Shown: one piece after another, positions 53,091-64,000 of the stretch | Numbering within the stretch: position 1 is the stretch's first letter | Layout of the letters: every line of letters starts with the position of its first letter | Source: Callorhinchus milii | Taxonomy: Eukaryota | Direction of reading: 5' to 3' | Assembly (NCBI RefSeq): GCF_018977255.1 | Contig: NW_024704742.1 | Span: 59,894,001 to 59,958,000 of the forward strand | DNA: 64,000 bases | The notes under the pieces: model-generated | Database searches by the model: none | What the model was told of the DNA's origin: nothing | The model's input: the letters and a program-made list of their open reading frames with translations, nothing else | Position numbers and translations under genes: made by a program

Positions 53091-56000
53091 ATATAATGAT
53101 GGCACATATTTACAAAACAACATATTGTTAAGAATATCAAATGTTACCAGTTATTGATATAAGCTTCTGACTCTCACCAATGGAACTTGACATTCCTCTT
53201 TAGAGTGAGCGTATGAAGCAGTGCTATTGAAAGAATCACAGATGGGTAAGGATCACAGATGAACAACAACAGTCTCTCCCAATCTTTGTGTCTATTGTAA
53301 CAGACTTTCAGAACTGGCATCGTGGATGATTCCTAAGGTGGGGCTCATGCCATGTACCTGACAAGAGGATGGTGCCTGGATGATAAAAGATTGCAAACAA
53401 ATCCACCCCAGTTTCTCTCTGACTCCATGATGGCAGGAAGGAGGCCCCTGGCTTACCTGGGCCAAGAAGAACAAGGGAAGTCTGAGACTTAGCCACATGG
53501 TCAAACCTCTATAGAGAGGGACACAGGTGTTGAATGTGACAGTTTTAGAGAAAGGCAACCAAAGAATATTGGTCAGTGTCAGTGCAACATGGGAACTGAC
53601 TGAGATTGAGCTGTAAAAGGGATGAAGGACACAACAATGCAGTTCAAATCATGTGTTAGAGACCAACTGCTCATCTGCAGCTATAATTTGTAGTGACTGG
53701 GAATTTGAAGGCACGGCAATGTCCCACAAACAGCCATTTTGTGTATCTGGGGGATTGTTGCTAGTGCAACTAAAGGACAACATCTCCAACAGTGGGGCAT
53801 TGCAGTGGAGCATCAGCCTAGATTATCAACTCGAAATCCCAAAGTGGGGCTTGAACTCACAACCTTTTGAATCAAAACCAAGAATGCTACTGAATGAGGC
53901 AGGCTGAGAGCCTGAATGGCTTCTGACTTGAAAAATCTAATTTATCTTATTAAAATGTCAGAAGTAAATGCCTTATAAATCAGTAAGTAAACTTTATTGG
54001 ACATCTGGCTGATGAACTTCAATTCACTGTAAACAAGCAAACAGCAAATCTCTTCAGCCATAGTGCTGGCTCGTGAATATTTTTAGATTGATCAGAGGAA
54101 GTGTAAGAAGATAGAGACCAGATTGGTTTAGATTACACTTTCTGCATAACACAGATGCTCTGAAATCTCTTAGCTTCATTATCATCATCCATTTTGCCAA
54201 AGCATTAGAATGCAGTCAATCAATGAGCTGAGAGGTGTCAGTGGTAAAATTCTCAGTGCAGCCTTCTGGACTGCTGGCTATTCTTGGAGACAGGTGCACT
54301 CTGTAACATTTGGCAAGAAACACTAAGTGCAGCAAATGACTCCTGTATCATTAGTGGACTAGTCTTCTAGAACATACAGTGACTTCCATTCTGCTAAGTG
54401 GAATAGCTGAAGCTAGGGAGCTACAGAATATCCTAATGGACAAGACAGTCAATTCTTGTCATAGCTTCATTTTTATGATGAAATTTAAAACGATTCAAGG
54501 CAAATATCTTTCGGATCTGTTCCCAATTCTCACTTTGTGTTTTGGAAATCTCGACTGAACTGCAGGACCAGGGATCCAGCAATGATGCTCAGCTACTTTC
54601 ATTTCAGAAGCTGAATCATATCCATAAATAATAAGGCTAAATACCAACCAGCTGGGAGTGCTGTTTCAGCAGCAGTTAGCTCACCATTGCCCTCTTATAA
54701 CCAATGTCTGTGAGCAAAGGAACAGGCTTGATGGGCTAAATCGTCTCCCTTCTGTTCCTATTTTTCAATGTGCCTAAATAGTCACAACCATTTGTGTCAA
54801 GAAATGCTTCCTGACCTCATTTGTGCTGCGATTCTGAGGCTAAGCCCCTTGATATGGATTTGGAAAATGGGGCTCAGGAAAGACCATAGGTCAGTGGTCA
54901 CACTGATATTCATGAACACGAGTTGTAGGGGGCATAAAGCTCATCTCATCACTACTCTTCTACATAAAGTCTGCTCCAGTGTGATCTGTAAACATCATCA
55001 TCTCCTGGAGATTAATATACCGAGGAACGGTAATCCAATCATGCACTGCAAAGTATTTTGAAGTGAATGCAAACTGACAAAAGTACATTTCAGCTAAAAA
55101 AAAAGGCTTTCCAAAGGTTATGTCAAGAAAACCAGCAGCACCTGAGTCCTTTTTTTGGACAGTGGTTTTAAATATGAACAACGATTAAACAAGATAGGCC
55201 CGTCAGTCTGGAGAAACAACACATCAGAGGGGACTTCTGATAGATCAAGATATCAATTAATTTAGAGTTGAAATGTCAATTTCAGGACACACACCAGGAT
55301 GCTTTTCTTTAACCAGAGGGTAATTAACAACAGAAAGAGGATTTTATGAGGATGACTAACCCCAGTGATTGATCCAAGTAACTATAATCACAATATTAAA
55401 CTGTTAAAAATAGTCACACACCTCAGGAGTGCCAGCCAAGCACAGGCATTTTATAATGGGGCAAATGTGTGACACATCGAGAGTAAAGGAAAACACATTA
55501 ACTTTACTGTATTGGAAATAACAAGCCTTGAAAGTTTGATTGACAGTTCTGAGCACTTTGCCAAGCAAGAAAATAATGTATGTGCTGAAAGCAGTAGGAT
55601 TCAAAACTACACTTATTTCAAGCTCCCATCTAATTGACTGTTGCAATTGGAGTCACTGGACAAAGTATAATCTGAGCAGATTTTAATTTATAATTAGGAG
55701 CTCATATAGCCTCTCTTATTTACCTTAGATGATTGAGTAGAGGCATAGTCTTAAGTTCTTAAATGGTACATTTTGTAGGTGATGTTGGTATTTATATTCT
55801 TTACATTTTTCCAATCCGGAGGAAGTCTCAAAGCACTTCACAAGATATATTATTATGTATTTTGTGGGTGAACGCTGCAATCTATTTTCACACAACAATA
55901 TCCTGCAAACAAATATCCTGCAAATATCCATGAAATGAATGATCCATTTTAATTCGGAGACTGTTGGCCAGGACACAGGGAGAAGCTCCCTTCTCCCATA

Positions 56001-58199
56001 TGATGCAATAAGATTTTTAATGTTCGCCTGAACGAGCAGACAGGACCTTGGTTTAACGTCTTATCGGAAGGATAACACCTCCATCAATGCAACACCCCCT
56101 CAGAACTATATTGAAGTGTCAGCCTAGGCTATATGAGTTCAAAGAATTGATTTGTGGCTTGAACTCACAACCCTCTGATTCAGAGGTGAGAGTACTACCA
56201 ACTGAGCTGTACATATAAGCAAGCAATTTGACTTAGACTGTGAGATCGGAAATAGAGAAAGCAGATTAATATTAAAGAGCTTTCATTAGACTAGTGATTA
56301 GAATAATGTGGTTTGTGTTCTTACAGTGCAGTAGATATGTGGAACAAACTGATTGAATATACGATGAACTGGGTAAATTAGGAAGGTAGGCTGAAAGGTG
56401 GCAAATGTCATTTCATGGAGACAAATGCAAAGTGATGAAATTAGGAAAGAACAGACAATAGAATTAATGGGAATGTTATGGTATTTATCTGAAGGAGACT
56501 ACATCAATATCAAAGGAGCATTTTTTTGTGAGAGCTTCTCTTTGATGTTCGCTGAGCAGGATCTTGGTGCATGAAGATCTACCTGGGAGAATATTAATTC
56601 TTATGTTCTTATTATCTCTGGATACAGTATATAGTTCGGGACATGAGATTTGAAGCGACTACTTGGACGGTGGAAGGCAAACTAGATGGACCTTGGTCTT
56701 CTTTTGCCTAGTAAATTCTTATGTTCTTCTGTTTTAATTCTAATTTTACTCCTATAAGGTGAGAGATATATAAATAAACAACCTAGTTGGGAAGTACTTG
56801 ACATGAGAGATACTGATCGTCTTCTTGTTTTCTGTACATTTCATTCTTCTTTAATGTTGTAATTTAAAGTTATGATAAAATGTTTGTTTGACTCTTGCTG
56901 TTGCGGTGCATCAATATCAAAGTATAAATGACACTTCCAAAAGGGAATGCAGTGACTCTTCACCAGAACTCCCCACAATACACCACTATGTCTGATGCTA
57001 CATACACTATGTATGACTTCCTCACAAAAAGTAAAATCATCAAGCACTGGATTCATAACCCACTCTTTTTGTACAGCTCTTAGATAGTGTCAGAGGGCTA
57101 TCTTATATTAGACCACTCCTTCAATTAATAATATCTATACAAAAAGGCAAAATAATACAATATTATTTTAATGAGTACTGTTTTATGCAAGTTGTTTATC
57201 TATGTTGTCATTTCAAAATATTGTATGAATTTTTTTCATACCATAAATAATTGCACAGTAATGTAGACTAAATATTCAGTGGAATTAAAGTGTTCCTTGG
57301 GGGACATATATTTATAGGAAGATCAGTTACTGCATTCAAATATTCACAGTTTCCGAGAACATTTTCATCCTATGTTAATACCCTTTTCTGATGCCCCATT
57401 TGCAGATTGATTCCCAGCTCAGAGTGTTTGATATTTAAACAAATGGGAGATCAATACATTTCATGAATGGCCTTGGATGATAAGCGGATGATGAGAATGT
57501 ATTCCATTTCATGCCCAAACCTAATTAGTGTCCTGTCACTTTAATGTACTGCAAGTGCAAGGAATGAGCTCTGTGCATAAACCATATCACACTCCGTCAC
57601 ATTTCAAAATGAAACATGCCAATAATTTCACCTATGCTTTTCAGACTATTATTTTGCATCCCTTCACATAGTTAATGAATTAACAGGAGAGCTTGGTAAT
57701 AGGCCTCAAAAATAAAATTGTTCTTCAACAGCAAATTTAGTCTAATAGCAAGGCAACAAATTTTCCCCCCAAAATTATTCCCAACCTTGAATCCCTGTGA
57801 TAACATTTCAAATTTAAAGCTAAATAATTCACAGTATTTTTTTGATAATCTGTCACAGGCACAAAAGAAGCTTTCCACCGCCACATTTCTAATGCAATAT
57901 TGCAGACAAGTTAATTAATCCACTATCCTATGCAGAACTACTCAGGATTTCAAAAGTTCTTGACAATATCTGTGAAAACTACATATTTTCTTATAGACTG
58001 GTTTTCAATGAAGGTACACTAATCTGTCTTTTAGCCTTTGCAGCAGGTAACACTTTGTTGCATTCACTTTGTGGTATCCCTTGTCAATTGCTTTATCTCT
58101 GTTGAACTGAGAACTATTTAATTTAACAAAACTGGTTCTGGTGGATCTATGCCTCAAAATCAAACGCATAGCTGTCTGTTTGCTCTCTAACATGTGGAT

Positions 58200-58815
58200 A
58201 TGTTGCCCACCAGGAAGCTCGCAGGGAGTTTCTTGTACCTGCCATCCACTTAGTGAGGGCTCAAACCCGCACTTGTCAGCTGTCGAACGACCAACTAGTG
58301 ACTATCCTCCTTGGGGGGAAGGTAAGTATAATCTCCTTGGAGCTGAACTGGCTCCAAGGTGACTTGCCTGGCAATGGAATGTCGGAATCAAGCCAGCCCT
58401 CTGTGGCAGTCTCGGTAGTCCAGTTCCTGAGCCAGGTGAGTCCGCAGTATTCCTGGGCAGTATTCCTGGGCACTGCTGATGACACCACAGCCAGCCTGGC
58501 TCATCAGCAGGACCGGGAAGGGCAGACCAGTCACTGGGGGCAGGAAGACATCCACTCAGCTCCTGTTAATCCTGCAAACCAAAGCCCTAACGGGTAGGGT
58601 GGTCCTAGCTGGACAAGTAGCAGGAAAGCTTGCCAGACAACAATATCAATGGCAAGCTGTGCAGTTTTAGCTGGTTAGACTCCAGCAGTTATTCCAACAC
58701 ACATTCTGGGGTCCCCAAGCCTTGGCTCTTGCCAATCTGCGCTTAATACTTTCTGGAATTAGTTAAACAAGATGCATCCCTCCAAGGAGAGAGTACATAT
58801 TCCATTCCAGACACC
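58200..58815. repeat. Unclassified interspersed repeat family; related pieces at ~18330-18680, 21225-21600, 28130-28420, 30800-31050, 35640-36050, 38500-39170, 44140-44420, 48400-48660
   Basis: Shared blocks such as GTACTGCTGGAGTTTAACCAGCTAA, GGGGTCCCCAAGCCTTGGCTCTTGCCAA and CATTCCATTCCAG occur in either orientation. Confidence 0.7.
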
Positions 58816-59308
58816 TGGCTCCCCAAGGTTCATGAGCTGAGCACCCCTATCCTTGCCCGGCTCCACTGGCTCCCCATCCCCCAGAGGATCGAGTTTAAGA
58901 TCCCCATCCTCACTATTAAACCCCTCCATGGTCCTGCTTCTTCCTACCTTTGTGGATTATTAAAACATTACCAACCCGCCCACTTCCTCCACTCGGTGGG
59001 CACGGGCCTGCTCCATGTGCCCTGCTCTGCCCACAACAACAACAACAAAATTATATTTGTAAAGAGCCTTTCCCACCATCGGTGGTTGAGCCTTGAACCG
59101 TTCTGCCCCCACCTCCTGGAACTCCATCCTGAAGTCTCCACATCGGCCCCTCCCTTACCTTCTTCAAGGCCCATCGCAAAACCTTCCTCTTTCTTCAGCC
59201 TCCCACCTTGCCCTCTATCCCTTTGACTCCAAACGTCAACTCTGACTAAAACCCTTGACTGTCCAGCACGTTGGAAGTCCGCCTGATGAAAAAGTATGTG
59301 TTGTTGTA
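58816..59308 (+). mobile_element. L2 LINE 3' fragment
   Basis: LARLHWLPIPQRIEFKI..LHG.ASSYL; tail GTTGTTG. Confidence 0.85.
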
Positions 59309-59309
59309 T

Positions 59310-59628
59310 TAATAATAAATAATAATAATAATTCTTGCATTTGATACAGCACTTTTCATGTTTTCTAGACGTCTCAAAGCGCTTCACAGAATATGCTGTA
59401 AAGTGAATTAACTGTATATTTGTGGGCGAAACATGGCAGCCAGTTGTGCACAGCAATGTCCCACAAACGTGGATTGAAAATGACCACTTTATTATTGTTT
59501 TGCTTTGGAGGGATTATTATTAGGTGTGTGGAGTAAGGAAACTTGCCCAAGGTTTCGCCCTGCCTGGAATTGAACCCAGATGTGTCGCTTGCAAGGTGAG
59601 TGCGCTAACCACTGAGCTACAGGACTTC
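59310..59628 (-). mobile_element. Full-length tRNA-derived SINE
   Basis: Family match. Confidence 0.95.
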
Positions 59629-61269
59629 ACAGGACTCTATTTAACCATAGTTCTGCACATGCCATTGTAGAGGCTGACAGAGAAGGATGCCCTTGGCCTC
59701 TGAAGATCTCTTTGCTGTTATCTATGAATCCACAGTTGCCCCCAACTTCCCCTGTGTATGTAATAAACTATCCTCGGTCTGTGAAACCAGGTTATTAATG
59801 TATACAAATAGCTGGAGGGGTCCCAGTACAGATTGCTGAGAGACCCTGCTTAATATTTACTCTCATTTTGACTCACTTCTTCAGATAACTAACCTCTCCT
59901 TCTTGCCTTTCACCAAAATATTGCATTCTCACCCAAACAATTCAGCAAGACCATCCTCGTCAATTTCTAGTTCAGGAATATGCTTATTATTTTTTATTTT
60001 GATGCCATATTAAATCAGTTCCAACAGACCAGGTCAACATTATCACATCAATTTGGGTACAATTCTCATTGGGATGTTTCCTCTTAAATTCCATGTAACC
60101 ATAATTAGTATTGTTACCTCCTACTCTTAAAGTCTAAACAAATGTGTTAGGCATTAGGGTATCTAAAGACTAGCGGATCTGAAAGATAATTTAGGAGGAG
60201 CTTGCTCACACAGCAGGTAGTACGAATGTGAAACTAACTGTCCAAATGGTGGATGAAGCAAATAATAGAATAGATGCATTTAAGAGGAAATTAGATACAT
60301 GCATGAGGAAGAAAGGAATGGGAGGGAGTAAGAAGTGTGTGGAGACTCATGTGGAAGATAAATACCATCATGGACTGGTTGGGCTGAATAGTCTGTTTCC
60401 GTAGATGTACATTCATTCTCATGTATATTCCCGGCAGGGTGAAACTTTGGGCAAGAAACTAAATTGGTCACGACTGTCTGTGGGACATTGCTGTGCACAA
60501 TTGGCTGCCGCGTTTCGCCCACAAATATACAGTCAATTCACTTTACAGTCTATTCTGTGAAGTGCTTTGAGATGTCTAGAAGACGTGAAAAGCGCTATAT
60601 CAAATGCAAGGATTATTATTATTATTATATTCAATGTAAATATATGTATTTTACATAGAGCAAAATCCCAGAAACAGTGGTAAAGTGAATGCGTGATTTG
60701 GAGAAGCAAACTTTGGGATGTGCTCCACTTTTTGAATTTGAAAGCCCTGGTGTCACAGGACTTTCCAATCCACCTGTTCAAACTGATAAGTTCTCAGTTC
60801 AATCTTTGTCCAAATGATGGCACTTCCAACAAGACAGCGCCCCCTCCCCCTTCAGAGTAGCATCCGATAGCACACAAATAATAGGCACAAGTTCAAATGT
60901 GTGCATTTACTTGGGAGATGCAATGTCAAACTCTCATTTTATTTTATTTTTCCAGTTACTGGACATTCTATCTGCCTGCTGAATGATTTAACTACCTTTA
61001 CTCGATGGTCTTCCCTGCTAGATATTATGTGAAGTTTAAATCATAGAAATGTTGATCTACATTTGGGAGGACTATCAGCTTGTGGTAGGCATATTTAAAG
61101 CATCTCAGTCATCGTATTCTCTCAGTGTAGCTTTTTATCTGGTGGTACTGTGTGATTATTTTACACTATGTCAAAAAGTCAAAAATAAAATGAATCCATC
61201 TACACTCGTTGTTTTGACAACAATACCTGCCAGTGCTGCAATGTGCTGCAAATGACAAGTTTTTACTGC

Positions 61270-62390
61270 ATCTATATCATGTAAGTGTCCCCCAGACACA
61301 GGTTTGCTGGTATGAATGCACTGAATAATGTATGTGGGAACATGAAATCAAGTTAAATAACACTCTTGTTTTGAGACTCACTTACTTTTCGCCTGTAATG
61401 CTTTGTATAGAGCTAACTATAGACTACATTTGGTGAATGCATTGATGTAATGGGTAGTGTGGAGTATCGGTACACTAATGGATCATTAATTTTACTGCAA
61501 TAGATGATGGTTTAGCACAGCTAGCAGAATTTATTTCAGCACAAATAATTGAATTCTTTCCCTTGTGTAAATATACTTGGCCACTGGAGTGAAATCAGTT
61601 CAAGCTTGCTTCTATTTTCATCTGAAAGAGGCGTCAATTATTTTCAGCACCCAAGGTTCCTGGCAGGTATGGATTTATGTTTGAGTGTCCTGCTCTTGTA
61701 AATGCTCCCCTATAGGGGTTGAGTTGGTATTTGAATTCTGTGAGTTCTGCAAAAAGAACTAACATTCATTTTCATTCGGACTAATTACACTCAATGTAAT
61801 ATTCAATACAGTCATACAGGACTTTAACACCTCTTAGGTGCATATCATTGCCAATCTATGCTATTATTTGAAACCACAAGAATGCATTATAAAAGCTCAT
61901 TCTTATCAAGATCAATATGCAAGTACATATCCATCCATCTAACCAAGCACTTTGGCTTTTACATCTCCTTGAGAATCTGAATACTTGTCACTGAAAGTTT
62001 ATAGGATGCATAGGTGCGGCACCAAAGCATTCATTAAAACAAAGATACAAGTTCTATATGACATGTATTTTCAACATCAAGTTCTCCCAGTTCAGGTGTA
62101 ACATATAAATTCTGGGGTAAATCTCTTCCTGCTGAGCCTTAACAATGGGGGTCACGTTTTCTTCTTGTTTGCCAATCGGGGCTATATTGGAACAATTAGC
62201 TGTAAATCACAAACAAATGGCAAATGCAAGGGAAGTTTCAGTTATCTTTGGAGGAGTACTATGATGGGCACAGGTAGGCAAATATACCAGAATTTAGGGA
62301 ATATTCAAACAGTTTTGCATTTAACATGTAGCGAATGAACCTTCTCACCCCATTCGAAACAAACCTCTTGTTGGCCCTTCTTCTAATCTG
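61270..62390 (-). pseudogene. Endogenous viral element: HN-like gene 3' part (copy C), upstream of L copy C
   Basis: GDVKAKVLG*MDGYVLAY ~61970-61917 (~GAEGRVL...Y.R); AFTRAG 61705-61688 (~AFTRPG); position immediately upstream of L. Confidence 0.45.
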
Positions 62391-62394
62391 ATTA

Positions 62395-62905
62395 CAACAA
62401 CAACAACTTGAACGTATATAGCGCCTCCCCTGGAGGGTAAGCGTATCAGAGCGTTTAACAGTGGCGGAGCCTGACTCTGAGCCGAAGACAGGTGGCTGTA
62501 AGCACGGTCAAACAGGAAAGTTTTCAGATGGCACGTGAAAGAGGGGAGAGAGAGGGAAGGTGGAGGGATTGAGGGAAAGTGTTCCAGAGTTTTGGGACGT
62601 AGGGGCTGAAAGCATGACCTCCGATAGCGGGACGGAGGGTGCGAGGGATGAGCAGGAGGCCAGTATCAGTCGAGCTGAGGTGCCAGGTAGTGGATTGGGG
62701 AGTGAAGAGGTCAAAGAGGTAGGGAGATACCAGATAGTGAAGGGATTTGAACACAAGTGTGTGGATCCTGAAGGCGGTCTGTTCAGTGATGGGGAGCCAG
62801 TGAAGCCTGGCCAGAACTGGTGAGATGTGGGTACAGAGTTTGTTCCGGGTCAGTATGCGGCCCGCAGAATTTTGCATGAACTGGATCTTTTGAATTGTGG
62901 AGCTG
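62395..62905 (-). mobile_element. L2 LINE 3' end
   Basis: ORF QNSAGRILTR..HISPVLARLHWLP..GGHAFS..PKLWN; (GTT)n tail at 62395. Confidence 0.92.
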
Positions 62906-62909
62906 GGGA

Positions 62910-63360
62910 CACTGGCGCCTCCTCACCTCAGGTGCTGACAGCATCACCATCCATGGTTGCTCACTTCACCATGCTAAGCCAGTCCGGAATCTTGGGGTCT
63001 TGTTCAACCCTCAACTATCCTTTTTACCCCACATTCATTCCATGACACTCTCTGCCTTTCCCCACCTCCGCAACATCGCCCGGCTCCGACACTGCCCTCC
63101 ACCGCAGGCCACCAAAACCCTCATACATGCCTTCATTACATCACGGCTTGACTACACAAACTCACTGCTTGTCGGTCTCCCCAACTCCTCCTTCCACAGG
63201 CTGCAGGTCATCCAGAACTCTGCAGCATGTGTCCTCTCCCGCACTAGGCTCCGTGACCCTATCATCCCCATCCTCGCCCAACTCCACTGACAACCCATCA
63301 CACAGAGGATACAGTTCAAGATCCTGGTCCTCACCTTCAAAGTCCTCCATGGTCCATCGA
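62910..63360 (+). mobile_element. L2 LINE ORF2 internal fragment
   Basis: VRNLGVLF..LIHAFITSRLDY..IQNSAA. Confidence 0.92.
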
Positions 63361-63494
63361 TCTCCTAATCATAGAATCATAGAATGTTACGGCACAGAAG
63401 GAGGCCATTCGGCCCATCGAGTCTGTGCCGGCTCTTTGACAGAGCAACTGACTTTTATAAACCCCACTCACCAGCTTTCTCCCCATAACCCTGC

Positions 63495-64000
63495 AAACCT
63501 GTCTTCCCCACCGATGTCCTGACAGCCTGCCTGTCCGACATCGAGTCCTGGACGAGAGACAACTTTCTTCAGCTCAACGTGCAAAAAACCGAGGCCCTCC
63601 TAATTGGCTCACGTCAGCGCCTCCGCACCTCAGGCGCTGACACCATCAGTATCCAAGGCTGCACTCTCCACCTCTCAAAGCCAGTCAGGAACCTCGGCGT
63701 TTTGTTCGACCCTGAGCTGTCCTTTCTCCCTCACATCCGCACCACAACTGGCACCGCCTTCCATCACCTCCGGAATATCGCCAGATTACGGCACTACCTC
63801 ACCCCTCACGCTGCTGAAACCCTGGTTCACGCCTTTGTCACCTCAAGGCTGGACTATGGGAACTCTCTCCTCGCCGGCCTTCCCGGCACCTCCCTCCACA
63901 AGCTGCAGGTCATTCAGAACTCTGCAGCTCGTGTACTGTCCCGCACCAGGCTTCGCGATCACATCACTCCCACCCTCGCTCGCCTCCACTGGCTCCCCAT
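63495..64000 (+). mobile_element. Young L2 LINE ORF2 fragment, continues off the right edge
   Basis: Very similar to the reverse complement of ~46210-46690; KTEALLIG..VRNLGVLFD..SRLDYGN. Confidence 0.95.

Larger units (their letters stand above)
47680..61199 (-). pseudogene. Endogenous viral element: near full-length paramyxovirus-like L gene on the minus strand, decayed and TE-split (copy C)
   Basis: In reading order: MDS..DIV*NNH from 61199; CELFSF 57833-57816; FMKCIDL ~57465; YNIKEE 56861-56844 (~YSLKEKE); LAEMYF..SKYF 55097-55050; VTTDL 54901-54887 (motif A); IYG..VAEHHC; AMTRIDCL (motif B-like) and VLED* (motif C-like) ~54465-54355; LLGGL ~52600; WLGSQ ~50930; LSTRLID ~50700; VVLHI ~50470; SCLKA 49016-49002 (~TSCLKA); CADDG..FFSNS in ORF 48837-49019. 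Confidence 0.72.

Noticed and set aside
1..64000. CRISPR array or prokaryotic operon
   Set aside because: The recurring sequences are dispersed SINE/LINE copies with no repeat-spacer periodicity; the DNA is eukaryotic.

Overview
AT-rich vertebrate genomic DNA. The repeats (a tRNA-derived SINE with a (TTA)n tail, L2 LINEs with (GTT)n tails, CR1 remnants) suggest a cartilaginous fish, probably a holocephalan; this is inference. I found no supportable host gene. Translating the DNA between the transposons by hand shows that most of it is a heavily decayed (stops, frameshifts, TE insertions) array of endogenized paramyxovirus-like (Mononegavirales) genes. Plus strand: F (3' half, ~1-870), L (~922-10560), N (~10.9-12.3 kb), possible M (~16-17.4 kb), F (~19.4-24.2 kb), HN-like (~24.9-27.3 kb), L (~27.4-41.4 kb). 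Minus strand, converging on these: HN-like (~62.4-61.3 kb), L (~61.2-47.7 kb), M (~45.7-45.0 kb), possible F (~44.9-43.5 kb). That is three mutually divergent, near full-length L fossils plus structural genes in largely canonical order. It looks like a locus that captured several RNA-virus genomes. All viral calls are by-eye motif matches recalled from known proteins, boundaries are approximate, and tBLASTn/HMM confirmation is needed.
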